A stretch of 64,000 nt of DNA. Source: a bacterium (GTDB lineage: Bacteria; UBA8248). Below, in pieces: positions 59,828 to 64,000 of the stretch. The notes under the pieces were generated by a model, which worked only from the letters and a program-made list of their open reading frames with translations, searched no databases and was not told the origin of the DNA. The position numbers and the translations under genes are program-made. Each line of letters opens with the position of its first letter. Position 1 is the stretch's first letter. The stretch is taken from positions 1,216,001-1,280,000 of the forward strand of contig OZ244799.1 of NCBI GenBank assembly GCA_965219955.1. Reading direction: 5' to 3'.

Positions 59828-61144
59828 ATGAGCGCTAAACTTCGGGTCGTTCACTACTTGAACCAGTTCTTCGCAGGCGTCGGGGGCGAGGAGAGGAGCG
59901 ATCATCCCGTATCCGCCCGGCCGGGCCCCGTCGGCCCCGGCGTATTGCTCGATAAAATCCTGGGCGAGGACGCAGAAGTCGTCGGCACCGTCTTCGCGGG
60001 GGACGGCCTTTTCGCCGAAAACGAAAAGTCTTGCGCCGCCGAGGCCATCGCGCGGATTCAGGAGTTTTCTCCCGATCTCCTGCTCGCAGGACCCGCCTTC
60101 AACGCCGGACGATTCGGGCTCGCCTGCGCCGCCGTCTGCCGCGCAGCGGAGGAAGCAGGAATGCCCGTCGTCACCGCCATGCACCCGGAAAATCCGGGTT
60201 TTGCCGCCGCGGGAACCAAAGTCCACACCGTTCCCGCCGCCGATTCCGCCGTCGGCATGGAAGAGGCCCTGGAAGCCGCCGCACGGCTGGGGCTCAAGCT
60301 CGCCCGCGGGGATAAGATCGGAAGCGCCGCTGACGAGGGCTACCTCCCTCGGGGGATCCGCTACAACGAAGTCGCAGAACTCCCGACTTCGCGGCGCGCC
60401 GTCGACATGGTTCTCCGGAAAATCAGGGGCGAGCCCTACCGGACCGAACTCGACGTTCCGACGCTCGAGGAGATAGCGCCGCCTAAGCCCGTCGCCGATC
60501 TCAAGAAAGCCCGCATCGCCATCGTATCCGAAGGCGGCATGGTGCCTCCCGGCAACCCGGACCGCTTCTCCGGGTCGAGGAACGGGAACTGGGCCACGTA
60601 TTCCTTCGAGGGGAAAGACGCGCTTCCGGGCGGCGCGTTCATCTCGATCCACGGGGGCTTCAACACCGTGTTCGTGAACGAGGAGCCCGACCGCATGCTC
60701 GCCGTGGATGCCTTCCGCAGGCTTGCGGACGAGGGCGAGATCGCCGAGCTTTACGATGATTTCTTGAGCACCTGCGGGAACGGCGGCGCCTTCGTCGAGA
60801 TGGACGGCATCGGCCGTGCCTGGGCGGTGGAACTCAAAAAGGGCGGGGTCGAGGGCGTCGTCCTCCCCGCCACGTGAGGCACCGGCACGCGCAGCGGGGC
60901 TGCGCTGGCGAGAGCTTTGGAGCGCGAAGGCATCCCCACCGTCATCGTCACCTGCCTGCCCGACGTGGCGCGCGACATCGGGGTCAACCGCATCGTCAAC
61001 AACCGCGCCGGGCACTTCCACCATCCTTTCGGCGACCCCTCCCGAACGCCCGAGGCCGAGCGCGAATGGCGTCTCGGCGCCGCCCGCGCCGCCGTCAAGA
61101 CGCTCGCCGAAAGAGTGGACGGCCCCACGGTGTTCGAATACTAA
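59828..61144 (+). CDS. Reductase component B selenoprotein (GrdB/GrdF/GrdH-like)
   Basis: Motifs VVHYLNQFFAGVGGEE, GPAFNAGR, GNPD, HGG, then LPAT-TGA(60875-60877, codon 350)-GTGTRSG...EREGIP...HPFGDP...TVFEY. Confidence 0.92.
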
Positions 61145-61289
61145 GGGGGCAGGTGACGCTTCCAGACCCGGCCAGATCGGAATTCAGCAACTTTCGTGCC
61201 AGTTCCGGACATGCGCCAGGATGGTTTTAGCGAGTCCTGAATCTCGAAGATAGATTTGCGTTTCCATGAGGTTTTCATCAATACCTGTT

Positions 61290-61440
61290 GGGTTGTTGAA
61301 AAACCTTGCAATACCGGGATTGTCGTCATTCGCCGGAATGACGAACGAAATCGCACTCGCCCGTAGGGGCGGTTCGCGAACCGCCCCTACAATCACATCG
61401 CGTCAAACCCTCATTAGTCAGGGGTCTTTCAATAATTTCT
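61290..61440. mobile_element. Short MITE-like element with two REP-type hairpins
   Basis: gggttgttgaaaaacc ... ggtctttcaataa, enclosing cgtcattcgccggaatgacg and gtaggggcggttcgcgaaccgcccctac. Confidence 0.65.
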
Positions 61441-61563
61441 TCGAGGGCGAGTGGTTTCGGAGTGTGTGGAAGTCTGTTCTTCCGTTGTTTTGACATCTCC
61501 TCGCGCACTGGGTGAAACTGGTTTGGCTTGCTATCTCCACGAGAAATGACAGGAGAGAACCGT

Positions 61564-62016
61564 ATGACGGAATTCGAAACTGCAAGCCTCGCCGTCCAGC
61601 AAGCCGCCCTTGCCCTGCAAAAAGACACGCTTGAACTGCAACAGGCCTCCCTGGCCCTTCAACAAGCCTCGCTGGCATTGCATCGCGCCTCCGTATGGGT
61701 CGCAGCGCTCGTCGGCGCCGCGCAATGCAGCCTGATAGGGTATGGACTCTACATCATGCGCCAGGCCGCAAAGCAACGCGACGCCCAGCACCGGGAAAAC
61801 ATGGCCCAGCATCAAGAGACCATGAAGGCGCTGGACAGCCGGCATCAAGAAGCCATGGCGACGCTGAAAGGTCAGCAAGAAGCGCAAAGCGACCAGCACC
61901 GGGAAACGATGGCGGCCATAGAAAGCCGGCACCGGGAAAACATGGAGGCGATCAAGGTCCAGAGCGAGTCGCTGAGGGAACTCATCCGCCGCACGTCCGC
62001 ACCGCAGGACGGTTGA
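61564..62016 (+). CDS. Hypothetical single-TM coiled-coil repeat protein
   Basis: RBS AGGAG. Heptad repeats SLAxQQA, one TM helix, then five H-x-E-x-M repeats. Confidence 0.65.
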   Translation: MTEFETASLAVQQAALALQKDTLELQQASLALQQASLALHRASVWVAALVGAAQCSLIGYGLYIMRQAAKQRDAQHRENMAQHQETMKALDSRHQEAMATLKGQQEAQSDQHRETMAAIESRHRENMEAIKVQSESLRELIRRTSAPQDG

Positions 62017-62087
62017 TGGTGTCGGGGCGCCGCTTGCGCCCGTCCTGACGAAGGACAACCACAGGGGGTTGTCCCTGCGAATCCTCC

Positions 62088-62454
62088 ATCCCCCGCTCGG
62101 GGTCATTCCTCCCGCATTTGCCCGCATTTGCTAGGACCCCTCCCTCCGCGCCTGCGCTATCCTCCAAACGCGCTTTCGTGAAGGCGAGGTGAGAAAATCT
62201 AAGAAATTCCCGTGATTCGCATGGAGGGCTGGAAGCATGGAATTTTCTGGATTCGGAATGAGCGGCACGGATTTCGGATTACTGAACAATTCGAAAAATA
62301 TCGATAAATTCAGGAAAAGGTTTATGGCTCGAACTAACATGACATAGATCATATATTTAATAAGTTACAACATATAATTAAAGTTATACATTAATAAATT
62401 ACCGAAATGTATCGAATTAAATTTTTTTCGCTCCCCCGCATTTCCCCGCATTTG
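62088..62454 (+). repeat. AT-core dispersed element, copy 2
   Basis: cccgcatttgcccgcatttgc ... AT-rich core ... ctcccccgcatttccccgcatttg. Homologous to 35653-36137 in reverse orientation. Confidence 0.6.
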
Positions 62455-62658
62455 TATGAACCGCAAACCATCCTCCTGGCGCATCCGTTCTCCGGTTCGG
62501 CGGGCATCCTCTCCTGGTGAACTTGAACCCCCGCTCCCGATTGCGAACAAAGGTGCGAGCGGATACTATCAGGTACGCAGACATCATGGCTGAGCCTGGA
62601 CACAGTACTACGGGAGTTTCTCCGGCTGGTGGCGAAGCTTCATAAACAGAGGACGAAT

Positions 62659-63834
62659 ATGGATTTTACACTCACTTCCGAACAGAAAAAACTGCAAAAA
62701 ACGGCGCATGACTTCGCCGCGCAGGAGATACGCCCCGTCGCGGCGGCGCTGGACAGAGAGCCCGACCCGATGAAGCGCTTCCCCTGGGACGTGCTGGAGA
62801 AGGGGAGCAGGCTGGGCTTGCGAACCCTCGCGCTGCCAGAAGAGTTGGGCGGCGGGGGTTGCGATATCCTCACGCTTTGCCTCGTGGGCGAGGAACTGGC
62901 CTGGGGCGATCTGGGCACGGCGGTCACGTTTGATCAGACCTGGAAGATATCTCACCTGTTCGAAAAACTCACGAATCAGGCTCAGAAAGAGCGTTACCTG
63001 AAGGCTTTTCTGGAAGACCACCACTTCCACCTGGCCGTCGGAATGACGGAGGAAACCGGCGGAACGGACAACATCATCCCCTACGACAGCCCCGACGCCG
63101 GCGTTCGGACGACCGCCGTGCGCGAGGGGGACCACTGGATCGCCAACGGGAAGAAGCGATACATCAGCAACGGCGGAATCGCCAAGCTCTGTATCGTCGC
63201 CATGAGAACGGATACGACGAAGGGCGTGTCCGAGGGGATGACGTACTTCATCATCACGCCGGACATGGAAGGTTTCCGCTACGGGAAGATTCACGACAAG
63301 ATGGGACAGCGGCTCTCCCTGAACGCGGAGCTCATTTTTGAGAACTGCAGAGTCCCGGAAGAAAACCGCGTCTCGGAAGTGAACCGCGCCACGGAAGCGC
63401 GCCGCATGTTCGTTCCGGGCTCGAACATCGAAGCCGCCGCCACCGTTCTCGGCACCGCCAGAGCGGCCTATGAGGACGCCTTGGCGCACGCCAAAACCCG
63501 GATACAGGGGGGCAGGCCGATCGTCGAACATCAGGCGGTAGGCTTCATGCTGGCGGATTGTTTCGCCGAGTATGAAGCGAGCAGGCGACTGCTCCACTAC
63601 GCCGCCTGGACGGCCGGCCAGAAAGGCCTCTACGACCCCAAAATGGGTTTCATGACCAAGTGTTTCGTGTCCGAATCTTCCTACCGGATCGCTACGCACG
63701 CACTGGAAGTATGGGGCGGCACCGGGTACATGACGGATGCGCCGATGGAGAAATACCTGAGAGACGTGACCAGCTTCTTACACTCCGACGGAACGAACCA
63801 GGCCATGCGTATTCGCTCGATGAAATTTTTATAA
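62659..63834 (+). CDS. Acyl-CoA dehydrogenase family protein
   Basis: Motifs MDFTLTSEQ, LPEELGGGG, MTEETGGTD, NGKKRYISNG, KMGQR, GGTGYM, EKYLRD, DGTNQ. Confidence 0.92.
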   Translation: MDFTLTSEQKKLQKTAHDFAAQEIRPVAAALDREPDPMKRFPWDVLEKGSRLGLRTLALPEELGGGGCDILTLCLVGEELAWGDLGTAVTFDQTWKISHLFEKLTNQAQKERYLKAFLEDHHFHLAVGMTEETGGTDNIIPYDSPDAGVRTTAVREGDHWIANGKKRYISNGGIAKLCIVAMRTDTTKGVSEGMTYFIITPDMEGFRYGKIHDKMGQRLSLNAELIFENCRVPEENRVSEVNRATEARRMFVPGSNIEAAATVLGTARAAYEDALAHAKTRIQGGRPIVEHQAVGFMLADCFAEYEASRRLLHYAAWTAGQKGLYDPKMGFMTKCFVSESSYRIATHALEVWGGTGYMTDAPMEKYLRDVTSFLHSDGTNQAMRIRSMKFL

Positions 63835-63919
63835 GCGAGAGATGATAATGCCAAAATTGAAAATACGCTCACTCGAGGCGCTTCCCCTCAAGGTGCCCCT
63901 CAAAAAAATATTTCAAAGC

Positions 63920-64000
63920 TCACTCGGCGTGTATAGGCATCTCGACGTCGTCGTGGTGCATCTTCACACCGAAGGCGGCCCGAGTGGTACGGGTTTCACG
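63920..64000 (-). CDS. 3' end of an unidentified gene entering from the right edge
   Basis: 27 open codons (RETRTTRAAFGVKMHHDDVEMPIHAE*) with genome-typical codon usage, converging on the acyl-CoA dehydrogenase gene. Confidence 0.4.
   Translation of the reverse strand, partial: RETRTTRAAFGVKMHHDDVEMPIHAE

Noticed and set aside
52494-61144. Treating the TGA-split DUF3179, grdA and grdB-like genes as pseudogenes, or invoking genome-wide TGA reassignment
   Set aside because: Each TGA falls exactly at a family Cys/Sec site with an intact downstream frame, while many other genes in the window use TGA as a normal stop.
61150-61270. Minus-strand METQIYL...HESC-TGA as a fifth selenoprotein
   Set aside because: Read-through runs antisense into the grdB-like gene, no family is recognisable and no SECIS-like hairpin is evident.

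Overview
GC-rich bacterial chromosomal window with about 55 protein genes, one tRNA-Gly(GCC), no CRISPR array and no integrase or transposase. The gene content (many transporters and hydrolases, TbpB-like lipoproteins, repeat-filled intergenic DNA) is reminiscent of marine or sponge-associated Nitrospinota/Tectomicrobia-like genomes; this is inference only. Main signals: (1) Four genes are split in the ORF track by an in-frame TGA at a conserved redox-Cys position, each followed by a candidate SECIS hairpin, so they are probable selenoproteins: DsbA-like UPWC, DUF3179 UPLC, GrdA CFVU and GrdB-like U350. (2) A cyclase-grdC-grdA-grdE-grdB operon is non-canonical: GrdB lacks the UxxCxxC cysteines, the proprotein lacks the pyruvoyl-forming Cys, and there is no grdD, trxA or trxB nearby. 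This suggests a selenium-dependent reductase for an unknown substrate. (3) A FadR-linked 2-oxoacid:ferredoxin oxidoreductase belongs to the oxalate oxidoreductase type (YPIRP) but has an altered active-site loop. (4) Intergenic DNA holds nested repeat families: MITE-like shells containing different REP-like pairs, plus an AT-core element. All family assignments come from motif recognition and recall, not database searches.
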